Of a stretch of DNA of 64,000 nt, positions 1-11,975 are shown piece by piece (positions within the stretch are counted from its first letter, which is position 1; each line of letters opens with the position of its first letter). Made by a program: the position numbers and the translations under genes. This DNA is from Octopus sinensis (lineage: Eukaryota). The stretch lies in NCBI RefSeq assembly GCF_006345805.1, contig NC_043003.1, positions 41,912,001 through 41,976,000 of the forward strand, written 5' to 3'. The notes below the pieces were generated by a model. That model made no database searches. It saw nothing but the letters and a program-made list of their open reading frames with translations, and had not been told where the DNA came from.

Positions 1-782
1 AATTGCCTATTATTCAATTGTTCGTTTTAGATTGTCATGACATGTGGGTAGAGCCTCAGGATTGTCTGAATGCACCGGGTGAGTTAAAAAATCATATCTG
101 AATTGCTTTCATCGCTTGAAAGTATTAGTATCTCATATAGATATACACTGTTTTTATTAAATAATAATACGCACACACACACACATATATATATATTCTT
201 TTATTGTTTTACACGTTTCAGTAATTTGACTGCAGTCATGCAGGAGCAGTGCCCTAAAGAGTTTTGTCGAAATTTACGACCCCATGACTAATTTTGTGTA
301 AGCCTAGTACTTTAGTCAGCCCGAGGCTATAATAAAAACACTTCCCTAAGGTGCTAGCCAGTAAACCTGAACCCGGAACCATAGGTTAGTAAACAAGCTT
401 CTTACCACACAGCCACGTCTGGACACACACATATACACACACACACATACGCACCACACACACACAGACACTCACGCACACACACGCACACACACACCAA
501 CACACGCACACACACACACTTCATGTATGCTTCATGTATGTATATTGTGTGAATGCATTTCAGCTGTGATATTTCGTTCAAGTAAGATTACTTTAGAGAC
601 GTGGGTTGTTTAAAAGTTACAGTATACTTCAAAGCATGGGGAAATGAATCACCATAGAAGTAGTGAAAGAGTTTGGCAGACATCAATATTTCGTTGTTTC
701 TTCGTCATTCATCTGAGCCTCCTTGAAGAAAATACCGCAGTTGAAATACTTTTAAACAGCATACATATTACGTATGATATCG

Positions 783-945
783 AGGTGACCGGTAATAAGG
801 TCACCGGAAAAATGTCAGTAATAAAGTCACAATTAATTTATGGGATCCGGGCAATCCCCCCAGCCCGAGGACAAAACCCCCTCGGACGTAACCATTGTGA
901 CTTTATTACCGTGACTTTTTTTTTTACCTGTGACTGTTTTACTTG
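783..945. mobile_element. Small fold-back element with repeated GTAATAAAGTCAC-type subterminal motifs
   Basis: Perfect 15-bp inverted pair 818-832 / 895-909, plus further GTCAC/GTGAC repeats and a C-rich centre. Confidence 0.55.
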
Positions 946-998
946 GACTCGATAACAATATTACACACACACATACACCACACACACATACACACATA

Positions 999-1048
<50 letters not shown>

Positions 1049-1892
1049 GTACATATATGTGTGTGTGTGCATGTATATATATATATGTGTGTGTGTATGT
1101 ATATTTATATATATATATATATATGTATATATATGCACATATTTATATGTATATATACGTATGTATATTTGTACGTATGTATGTATGTGTGTGTTAAGTG
1201 AACAGTCTACCAGATGCTTTGATCATGAGGATTCAGTTGTTCGATTAATTAAAATACGTATTCATTGAAATGGCATGTAAGTATACATGAGGTATGTTTA
1301 GCCTTAATGCAATCTCCAGCTGATGGAAGTATGACTGTGCGACACAGTGATTGACGAGGTCGCTTTTTCAATTACACACTAAGAGAATTTCGATGGGCTT
1401 CCATACAGTTTCCGACTACCAAATTTTACTGACAATATACTTGTAAACGCAATGCTCCGAGCTGGCTCAGTCGTTTGCACGCCGGGCATAATAATTCCTG
1501 GCACTTTGCCCGTCTATAGGTTCTGAGTTCTAATTCCGTTGAGATCGAGCTTGTCTTTCATCATTTCTGGGTTGATAAAATAAGTACCAGTTGTAAACTC
1601 GAGTCGATGTAGTCGTCTTACACCCTCCCTCGAAATTGCTGTACATGTGCCAAATTATGAAACCAATATATTAATAAACTCTTCGTCGAGTACAATTATG
1701 AAACAAACCGGTTTAGAGACGAATTCCTAAATCACACAGCCCTGCATGCGCTCTTGTGCCCAATGCAGGGACTAGTCAGTAGTACACGGTTGGTAAAACA
1801 GGAAAATATATCCTGGCATGGCAACGGACACATTTTGGCGCAGGCGTAGCTGTATGGTAAGAAGCTTACATATATATACATATATATACAGT

Positions 1893-1937
<45 letters not shown>

Positions 1938-2157
1938 GTATATATTTCTGTGTCTGTGTCCCCTCCTCCTTATCCTGGTGTGTTTCTGTCCCCGTAAATT
2001 AGCGGTTCAGCAGAGGGACCGACAGAATAAGTACTAGGGTTATAAAGAATAAGCCGTGGGGTCGATTTCTTCGACTGACACCCTCTAAGGTGGTGTTCGC
2101 TCATGGCTGCAATCAAATGACTGAAACAAGTAGAAGAGTAAAATAATTAAAGAATAC

Positions 2158-2205
<48 letters not shown>

Positions 2206-2217
2206 ATGTGTGTATGT

Positions 2218-2256
<39 letters not shown>

Positions 2257-2500
2257 ACATCACATGAATATATTTCACTACCTCTCCTCCCCGAACTTTC
2301 AGTTATATTGTAACATCACTTATTCTTCACTCGCCGCAGGACTCGGCAAGTGACAGTAACAAAGATGACGATTAAAAATGAAAATAACAATAATAGAAAT
2401 AATAATAATAACAATAAAATAATAATCCTTGGATGTATTTTCTAGGCATTTAATGCATCGCTATGCGTCTTTCCACAATCCATATGGCTCTTAATAATCA

Positions 2501-2907
2501 TAGTCCGTATTCCTGGGATGATTACATCCGGTTGATCATCATCACTGATTAATTTCTTCGGGTGAAATACCATTCGTGGATGTCTAACAGAGGGATGTTT
2601 ATCCCTTTATACTAATAACAGTATATCTATTTCTTTACTACCCACAAGGGGCTAAACATAGAGAGGACAGACAACGAATTAAGTCGATTATATCGACCCC
2701 AGTGCGTAACTGGTACTTAATTTATCGACCTCGGAAGAATGACAGGCAAAGTCGACCTCGGCGGAATTTGAACCCAGAACATAACGGCAGACGCATTTCG
2801 CCCGGCGTGCTAACGTTTCTGCGAGCTCGCCGTATATAACAGTATATCGCCTGGAGAAATGAATGAATGATGATGATCAACCGGGTGCCCACGGATATAA
2901 CGGACTA
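2501..2907. mobile_element. Old fold-back element split by a SINE insertion
   Basis: Diverged ~70-bp inverted arms 2501-2570 and 2842-2907, including a perfect 17-bp pair CCGGTTGATCATCATCA / TGATGATGATCAACCGG. Confidence 0.65.
2628..2835 (-). mobile_element. SINE family B monomer with 13-bp target-site duplication
   Basis: ATAACAGTATATC at 2615-2627 and 2836-2848. A further monomer lies at 9851-10070. Confidence 0.9.
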
Positions 2908-3059
2908 CACTGTAATCGCCCTAGGAATACGAACTTTCATCTTAAGAGTCATGTGACTTGTGGAAACGCGTGTAGTGATGCATTAAATATTTATGCATTC
3001 CAACCAAGAATTATTATTATTATTATATTTATCCTATGTTATATGATTACAACTTGATT

Positions 3060-3660
3060 CAATACCGAAAAACTGGCTTGCAACTCAGCATCATTTGGTG
3101 GTGTCCGGCATTATGGAATAGAAGGAGTTTTCTTGTTCTTTTGCATAAGTGCGCCCCACTGATAATAATCAAAGGGGTTGCAGTTTCGGGATTTAGGTGG
3201 CCAAATGTTAGGGATGATGTGGTCGCAGAAATTATCTGACAGCAATGACTGGGTTCTCCTGGTTGTGTTGCATGATGCAGAGTCCTGTTGGCAGACATAG
3301 AGTGTTCCAGCAGCCGCCCTTTTGATCCAGTGCAGCACTAATAATTCCAGGCACTTGGCGTTGGCCTCACTGTTGAGTCTGAGGCCATGTGGGAAGATGA
3401 ATGGAGACATAACTTTGCCATCATTTGTGATCACTCCATGATGTTGACTGGATGTTTGATTTATAATACTCTCGGCACATGCTTTGGAGGACACGGCAAA
3501 CACTCAGATTGACACTCAAACACTCTGAAGTGTTTGCACTGGAAGTTCCTGTGTGAATGCCAAGCAGTGTAGCATGTTGTTTCCAAACTTCTGGATGAGC
3601 AAATTGAGTCATGGTGCTGTTCTCACAGACGGTGCTTTACTAACCCTATTATACTGTATC
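3060..3660 (-). mobile_element. Internally deleted maT-like (DD37D) IS630-Tc1-mariner element
   Basis: ORF 3111-3503: GVITNDG...QQDSA-37 aa-NPFDY, with WPPKSRNCNP. The N-terminal remnant (MTQFAHPEVWKQHA) is at 3421-3612. Confidence 0.85.
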
Positions 3661-3744
3661 GTCGGCAAAATCGAAAACAAATAATGCACATGCGCGAAAT
3701 TAGAGATATAAAATGGCTACAATTTACCCATTGCACACAGTTTA

Positions 3745-3778
3745 TATATATACATACATACAAACATACATACATACA

Positions 3779-3812
<34 letters not shown>

Positions 3813-3897
3813 CACACACACACATATATATATATATAATATTATTATATATACTATATTATTATCATTATTATTATCATCATCATCATCATCATCA

Positions 3898-3929
<32 letters not shown>

Positions 3930-3948
3930 GTTATTATTATTATTATTA

Positions 3949-4007
<59 letters not shown>

Positions 4008-4026
4008 GTTATTATCATTATTATTA

Positions 4027-4087
<61 letters not shown>
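3745..4087. repeat. Compound microsatellite (TACA)n-(CAT)n-(TAT)n
   Basis: Direct reading. Similar arrays: 7069-7130 (ACAT), 14698-14760 (TAA), 18160-18450, 35336-35440 (GATA), 37267-37501, 38027-38160 (CAT). Confidence 0.98.
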
Positions 4088-4089
<2 letters not shown>

Positions 4090-4283
4090 GCAATAAGTAT
4101 CAATCTTAAAAGAAAGAACAAGTAAAATGGGGTTGACTAGTTCCACTAAAATCCTTTACGGCTGTGCCGTAGCATGGCCGATGTTTAATGATGAAGCAAG
4201 TAAAAGATACATATATATGTGTATATGAATATATGGGTGTATGTCTGCATTTACTCCCACATAAGTTTGTGCGCGTGTGTGTT

Positions 4284-4325
<42 letters not shown>

Positions 4326-5369
4326 GTAGAGTGCGGCCGATTACACACGTCCATGCGGTGCTCCAGCACTGCAACTGTGCGAGAACTGTAAGAAGTACAC
4401 GAATGAATTAGCAAAAGAAAAAAACGTATATATGTATTTATAATAATCGTGTGTTAGAATGAATCGTTGTGAAGCTGAAGTAGTTTTAACAATGCGCTGT
4501 TGATATAGAAGAGGTATTGTTATATTATAGATCTAGAAATAGCTTCTTTTTCTCGTTATATGACTGAGGAGGTAATAATGATGTTAGGGTTATGATAATG
4601 GTAGTGGTATCGGGGATGGTTGTGTTTATCATGGTAGTGTTTGTGTTGGTGTAAATATATTTGTTGTGGTGGTTGTACTGGCTGGCGGTTGCGCTGTTTG
4701 CGGTTCTGTAGTAGTTTCAGTAATGGCGTTTGTGTTGGACGGGGATATGAGAGGTGAAGTAGTGGTGGTTTGGGTGTGATGTTTATTTTGGTGGTAATGT
4801 TTCTTGTGGTAGTGGTTATGTTGGTGATGACTGTGGTTGTGTCGATGGTGGTAGCTGTGTTAATAATGTTAGTGAATGGTGGTTGTGTTGGAGTAGGAAG
4901 TAAAAATATATTTGGTGTTAATGGCAGTGAACTCGTAGATGGCCGCAACGGTGGTAGCGCTATGCATGCTGGTGGTGGTGATAGTGATTTGCTGTTTTTT
5001 TTTTCATTATTCTTTATATTTATTTTTAATATGATTGTAGTATTGTGAATTACATGTTATTTCTTTCCAGCCCTGCTTCATGATTTCACATGTGGGAGAG
5101 GTCATGTGTGCTTTTTATACTATCCGGGTCGACAAAATATAGTAGCGATAGCGTATTAGTATCATCGGTAACTACAGATTTCCTGCCATTAATATTATTT
5201 TCCAATTTTATCACAAGACCAGCAATTTCGGGAGAGGAGCTGAATGTTCAACTGGTACTCTTTTTATCAACCCTGAAAGAATAAAGATCGAAGATAATCA
5301 TGGTGGAATTTGAACCCTGAACGCAAGAAATGCCGGTAAGCACCTTGCTGTCCACCGTGCTAACAATTC

Positions 5370-5785
5370 TTATTTCTTTACTGCCCACAAGAGGCTAAAC
5401 ACAGAGAGAACAAACAAGGACAGACAAACGGATTAAGTCGATTATATCGACCCCACTACGCGACTGGTACTTAATTTATCGATCCCGAAAGAATGAAAGG
5501 CAAAGTCGACCTCGGCGGAATTTGAACGCAGAACGTAAAGACAGACGAAATACCTATTTCTTTACTACTCACAAGGGGCTAAACACAGAGAGGACAAACA
5601 AGGACAGACAAACGGATTGAGTCGATTATGTCGACCCCAGTGTGTAACTGGTACTTATTTAATCGACCTCGAAAGGAAGAATGGCAAAGTCGACCTCGGC
5701 GGAATTTGAACTCAGAGCGTAGCGACAGACGAAATACTGCTAAGCACTTTGTCCGGCGCGCTAACAATTCAACCAGCTCGTTGCT
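5370..5785 (-). mobile_element. SINE family B dimer (full unit + head-less unit)
   Basis: Two tandem bodies joined at GAAATAC|CTATTTC (5553/5554). An older copy lies adjacent at 5215-5368. Confidence 0.88.
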
Positions 5786-7103
5786 TTTTCCTGTCACCAA
5801 TAATGATGGCCTTGTAATTAGATTAAAACTATTTTAATGAATGGTAAACTTTGTGGAAATGCAATTGTGAATCATGTAATATGTCGTTGGTGATGGTCTT
5901 CATAGCCACAATGCTGATGGTTTACTATGGTGGGTGATCGTAACGGTGATGACGGTGATGGTGGTGGTGGTCGTGATGATTAAGATGATAATACTGGTGG
6001 TAATGGTGAGGATGGTATGTTTGTGGTAGTCGTGGTAGTCAGGGGTAGAATAAAGTGACTGCTAATTTCGTTCGTTCTGATGGGTTGTACTCGTTTTGTG
6101 GATAGTATTCATGACGTAGATATATTTTGAGTTTTGTAGGGTGGTGGAAATGTTGATGACCGTTGTCGTCGTCGTCGTCGCTGCCGCTGTCACTGCAACC
6201 ACCATCGTCGTCACCATCGCAGTAACCACCATCGCTATCACCGCCACTAACGACGTTGCCGACATTTTCATTATTTTGTCGTTGTTCAATTCTTTGTCGG
6301 CTGAAATAAAAAAAGCTTAAAAAAAACCTACGAACACAAGGACTCAACTTTAAGTTTTATATCTAATTTTTATTATAATTTTATTGCTAGTAATATATGG
6401 CGAATGGTATTTCTTCGTTTCTCTTAGTATATAGCAGTTCACTGCTGGACGTATCTTCTTTAATTCTCCTAGACCGCTTCCTGCCCATCTCCATTGTGGT
6501 GCATAACAGACTTATCCTTAACATCATCTGCACTTATCCTTCGATGCCGTTCCTGTATCTCCTTTTCTGTTTGCCCTTCCCTCACAACCATCCACTCGGA
6601 ATTCACTTTTTGGTTCTTTTCGTCCGCCTGTTGTCTTTTATTAGGTCTAAGAGACTGACCTATAGCTAATCTATTTTGCTCTTTGTCCAAGTATGTATAT
6701 AACACCTACATTCTTTTCTTCTTATTTCTATATCGCCAAATCTTACATTCAACAGAATAGACTATACAATATCCTTCTTTCATTGCATATTTCTATTCTT
6801 TTTAATTTCTTCTAACATTATATACTACCCAATATATTTTACGTGTTCTGAAGTCGATATGGTGAGTTTTGAGGCATATATGTGTGCTCTTTCCAGCAAT
6901 ACATATTCTGTCGTTGGTTTTGTTCTTGATAGAAAATGGGGTAGATATGTTATTGTTGTTGTTTTTGCCCTAAATAAGCATTGAGCAGACACATGCGTAT
7001 ACCACAGACACCGAGACATCAGCCTTATGAACCTATGGATCGGGAAGGAATTTCGATCCTTTTCTTATACATACATACATACATACATACATACATACAT
7101 ACA

Positions 7104-7134
<31 letters not shown>

Positions 7135-7278
7135 GTACATGCATACATATATACACACTCACGCACATATACGTAAATAGGTAGGGTGGTGAGGAAGATA
7201 TGTGGAAAAGTGTGTCTGAGTGTCTATGTATTCATACTTCCATCATATTCAAAAAAAAGGAATGTATAAATATATATA

Positions 7279-7347
<69 letters not shown>

Positions 7348-7899
7348 AGTGTGAGTGTGTGTGTGTGAGCGCGCGTGCCTGTAGATATAAAACTATATAT
7401 ATGAAATCATCATATTTGCATATACCGTACTGCCTACCTTTCTCTGAAAGCTGCATATGTTCAACATATTGATATGTGTGTCGATTAAGATCGTATTAGA
7501 AGCAGTGGTAATGACCGTATTGGTGTTAATAGTGATGAGGGTCTTTGTGATAAAGCGGAAAACATTAGTATTGATTGTTGATGATGTTTCTGTTGATGTG
7601 GTCTACCTGAAAAGTATCATAAAGATAAATGAGAACACTTTAATGAGAATGTTGGATTTAATTGTTCTTGGTGCTGTGCGATACAAAAATTCCATGATAT
7701 CAGACGTTCTAACTACAACCATCCTGTCTTTTTTCTGAAGCACAGTGCACTTACGACCACAATCACTAATTGACAGAAGAAAATATAAACGTTAAAATAT
7801 ATAAACGTTAAAATTTATCTAAATCTGAAATTATACATTAAAAATATTAAGTGATTTTATAATGTGAATATTTAATATATAGTAGACATTTCCCTTGCA

Positions 7900-8997
7900 T
7901 TTTCCAATGCAAGGACCCTATTAGATATGTTACTGATCAAATGAAGAATATTCTCTAGTGGAATTTCTTGCTAAATTTCATGCAGTAATCTCAAAAGATC
8001 TGGCTTTGAAGGTGCTTTCTTGTTCTTTTTTTTATGAAGTGTCCTGTCCATTATGCCCCAGAGGAGTTCAATAGCGTTCATATCTAGTGACTGGTTTGGC
8101 CATGGAAGCTTTTTTAATGCCATTGTCTTCCAACGAATTTTGAATCATCTTAGCAATATTTCAAGGAGCCCTATTCTCCATAAATAAAGAGCTCTCTTTA
8201 ATCATTTCACAACTGGAGAATATTGGAAGTACTCCTTTCTGCAATATGGACATATATGTATCCGACTTTATGTTTCTCCCACACTCCACCGGCTCTGATT
8301 GATCATTGCTCCAAATTGCTCCCCAGACAAACACAGAATAGCTGCCATGTTTCATCGTTGGCTGCAATCTCTTCACGTCAAATTCTTGATCACAGCATCT
8401 CCAGACCCACACCTGAGCACTGTCAGAAAATACAAAATATCTGGACCCATTGGAGAATATGACAGTGTCTCAAAATGCTAGTGGCCTCTCCACAATCTCA
8501 TTGGCCCAATCTTTTCTCCGCTTGATATTGACTTATCAAAGATGTGGCTTCCTTCTTGTTGCTCTGCCATAGTAACCAAGTTTGTGGAGATACCTGACAG
8601 CTGTTCTGGGACTGGTAGAAACGTGTTCTGCTATGTCAGAAGTCTTAACAAAGAGAAGGGTTCTGTCAGAGAGCCCTGGTCAGCCTGGGCGAGGTGATGT
8701 GATCTTCTTCCCCTCACTAATGAATTGCACAATCACTCTGTTAATTGTAGAAAGGGGGATCCCAATCTTTTCTTTGATTTTATGCTATGTCAACCTTCTG
8801 AATCATCCACAATATGGCCTCTTTGAAATTCAGACAGTTCCAAGACTTCTTTTGTACATGGCATGATTAAATAGTCACATATAGAATCTGAAACAAGAAT
8901 GTCAGTTAATAAAAATATAACCCTTTAGATGTTAGAATAAACAGAAAATGATGTTTTATGGTGTGTCTATTTACTTCTGTCAAGTATGTGTACACGC
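7900..8997 (-). mobile_element. Degraded Tc1-family transposon
   Basis: Minus-strand translation across frameshifts: ELSEFQRGHIV (HTH), RRKPHL, TVIFS, VFVWGAI and WPNQSLDMNAIE. A TA-CAC-type end is seen near 8990; the opposite TIR was not found. Confidence 0.85.
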
Positions 8998-9039
8998 TCT
9001 GAAATGATGTTCTATAAATCTTTGGAAATATGTGGTTGA

Positions 9040-9300
9040 TAAATTTTCCAAAGGTTTCGTCAACAAACATTCAGTTTCTCTTTCAAGTGAATAGTAACTT
9101 CCTGGGTATTTCATAATCATGAGTACTCTTAAGATAATCCTCTAGTGCAATGAGCATGACAATGTGTTTGGAAAGGCAGGGATTACTGCTTAAAGATATA
9201 TGACAAATTCCTTCATTTTTCGTCAACACATTCTCACTCTCAAATCTGGATTCCTTTGAAGCTGTGGATAAAAAATTGATCATGTCAAACTTTGAATAAT
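9040..9300 (-). pseudogene. Possible highly degraded hAT transposase fragment
   Basis: Across frameshifts: QSFD...FKGIQ...NP...THCHAHC, reminiscent of the hAT GQxYD and HCxAH motifs. Confidence 0.3.
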
Positions 9301-10681
9301 AACTATTTATAGGGAATTTTAACTTGTGAAAGTGTCATTTAGAAGCTAATAATTTCAGTTTAACTACAAACAAATTCTCAAAATGTTTATCGATATATCT
9401 CTTTAGGTGTAGACATTTGTTTCAATGTTGCTTTATACCAGTACTATTTTGTTATCTAAAGGAACAGTCATACATTCATAAGCATATAGCGCTTTGTCAT
9501 CGTCAATAGTTTAAATAGATCTCGTCGAAAACACTGCTATATTTTTACGAAACAGGTGTTTTCCCCTAACAAATGTCAGTATTACAACCATACACATATA
9601 ATATATCGCAATGCTTTTCAGGATAAAATTAATTATAAATTCTAACGCATGAAAAATACAAACCAAAATTATATTTGTTAACGCTCTCTTTAGTCTTAAC
9701 GAGTCTACAATTTTTGCAAAATATTTGTGTAATTCATTAGATAAATATTTTTGTAATAAACAGATATTAAAATATTTCCAGGAACAATAATTTAAAATTT
9801 AGTTTTGGTTGTACTCGCAATTTTACAGAATAATTAGCTAATATTATTTATTTCCTTATTACCCACAAGGGGCTAAACGTATAGGGGACAAACAAGCGGA
9901 TTAAGTCAATTACATCGACCCAGTGCGTAACTGGTACTTAATTTATCGACTCCGAAAGGATTAAAGGCAAAGTCAACCTCGGCGGAATTTGAACTCAGAA
10001 CGTAACGACAGACGAAATACCGCCAAGCATTTCGCCCGGCGTGCTAACGATTCTGCCAGCTCGCCGCCTTTTAGCTAATGTTATTAATATTAGCTATTAT
10101 TATTAATATACAAAATCTTAGTTCACAATATCTAATATTTTACTTTGTACAATTATTTTAGCTGTATAAAATATAACTTAAATCATTTCAATATGTCGTG
10201 AATGTATCAACAGCTGAAGAAGCCTCTATAGTTTCATACTGGATTTATGAAACGTTTTACCTTTTTTAGTCAGTGTCATGTACCTTTCAGAAATCCTAAG
10301 ATTGTTTCTGCCAACACTTTGGCAAGGAAAGATAGGTAAAAAAAAGCCACCAAAAAACTAAAATCAGGATCTAGAATATCATTAGGAATATATTAGGATA
10401 CGGAAAATTTTCTACGCTGAGTGAAGCAACACATTTTTTTGTATTGTGAATAGGTGCATATATTGCAGATATTTGTAATATAGCTGCAATGACTTAACGA
10501 AAGCATAAAGACGAACAGCGGATTACATCAGATCAACAAATGATATATTACCGAGTAAAAATTATCATATATATATAAATACATATGTGTGTATGTGAGT
10601 GTATGCGTGTGTATGTGTGCGTACGTGTGTGTGTATGCATAAATGTATATATCTCCCTTTCGCTCACTCTCTCTCTGTGTT

Positions 10682-10684
<3 letters not shown>

Positions 10685-10720
<36 letters not shown>

Positions 10721-10737
10721 TACTACTACTACCACTG

Positions 10738-10792
<55 letters not shown>

Positions 10793-10852
10793 TGATATAA
10801 GCAAACATTCGCATGTATATATATACTCTTTTTTCTCTTATATATATATATA

Positions 10853-10917
<65 letters not shown>

Positions 10918-10930
10918 TAAGCAACCATTC

Positions 10931-10965
<35 letters not shown>

Positions 10966-10990
10966 CAAACATTCGCATGTATACATATAT
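10685..10990. repeat. Higher-order compound microsatellite repeat
   Basis: (TA)n-(CTA)n-(ATA)n blocks, each followed by the anchor TAAGCAA(A/C)CATTCG at ~10798, 10918 and 10962. Confidence 0.85.
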
Positions 10991-11236
10991 ATATGTTTGC
11001 TTTTGTACAATATACAGATACATAATACATTCGCACATGAATAGATCTGAATCTTAGACTTCCTTTTATCGCTACTCTGAGTTATTCGCATTCTTGTGAT
11101 CATTCAGGTGACAAACAAATATCTCTGTCAATTGTACAAACGAACACAAGACAGAAAAGAATCTCATTAGATGATGTAATACTGAAAAGAGATTAGGAAG
11201 AAGAAATATATATATATATAATATATATATACATAT

Positions 11237-11355
<119 letters not shown>

Positions 11356-11885
11356 GGTAGATAGTTGTACATACAAATATATACATGTAGACATATACAT
11401 GAACACACACAAACTTTTATATATATGTGCATACATACAGACAGTGGCAAATGTATATGAGTGTATGCGTGAGTTTGTGTTTGCAGGTATGTATATTGTG
11501 TATGTGCGTGTGTGTGTGAGGATGCGCTCATGTGTGTACGGAAAAAAAACATTCTGTAATGTAGTGGATGCTGTGATGTGCTCTTAGTTCCTTCCTCTTT
11601 CTTCCATCGCTTTTTATCTCTCCGTCACTCACATTTTTTTTTCCTTATCTCTCGTCGATCATGCTTGCACTGATCGATCTTATACTCCATACTGTACTCA
11701 AAAACTTTATCGTTCCCTGCCCACGTTTCTCTCCATGCCATCTCACTCCCCCTCTCTCCCCCATCTCTACCCTCTCTCTCACCCGTCTTCTTTCACTTTC
11801 ATTCTCTCTCCCAACAAACACTTTTGTTTTCTCTCCGTCAATGTCCCTCCCTTTGTGTCCTATTACTCACACACGTACACACACG

Positions 11886-11975
<90 letters not shown>

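Noticed and set aside
4556-5048. Thr/Pro-rich and Val-rich ORFs resembling mucin or membrane proteins (also 5880-6350, 42516-42752, 46940-47234)
   Set aside because: Degenerate GGT/GTT/GAT trinucleotide low-complexity DNA with no splice or codon evidence.
10214-10256. CTGAAGA...GAAACGTT hammerhead-like boxes (similar partial boxes at 47848, 57833, 60886, 63375)
   Set aside because: Stem I and/or stem II cannot be formed; at best these are decayed pLTR remnants.
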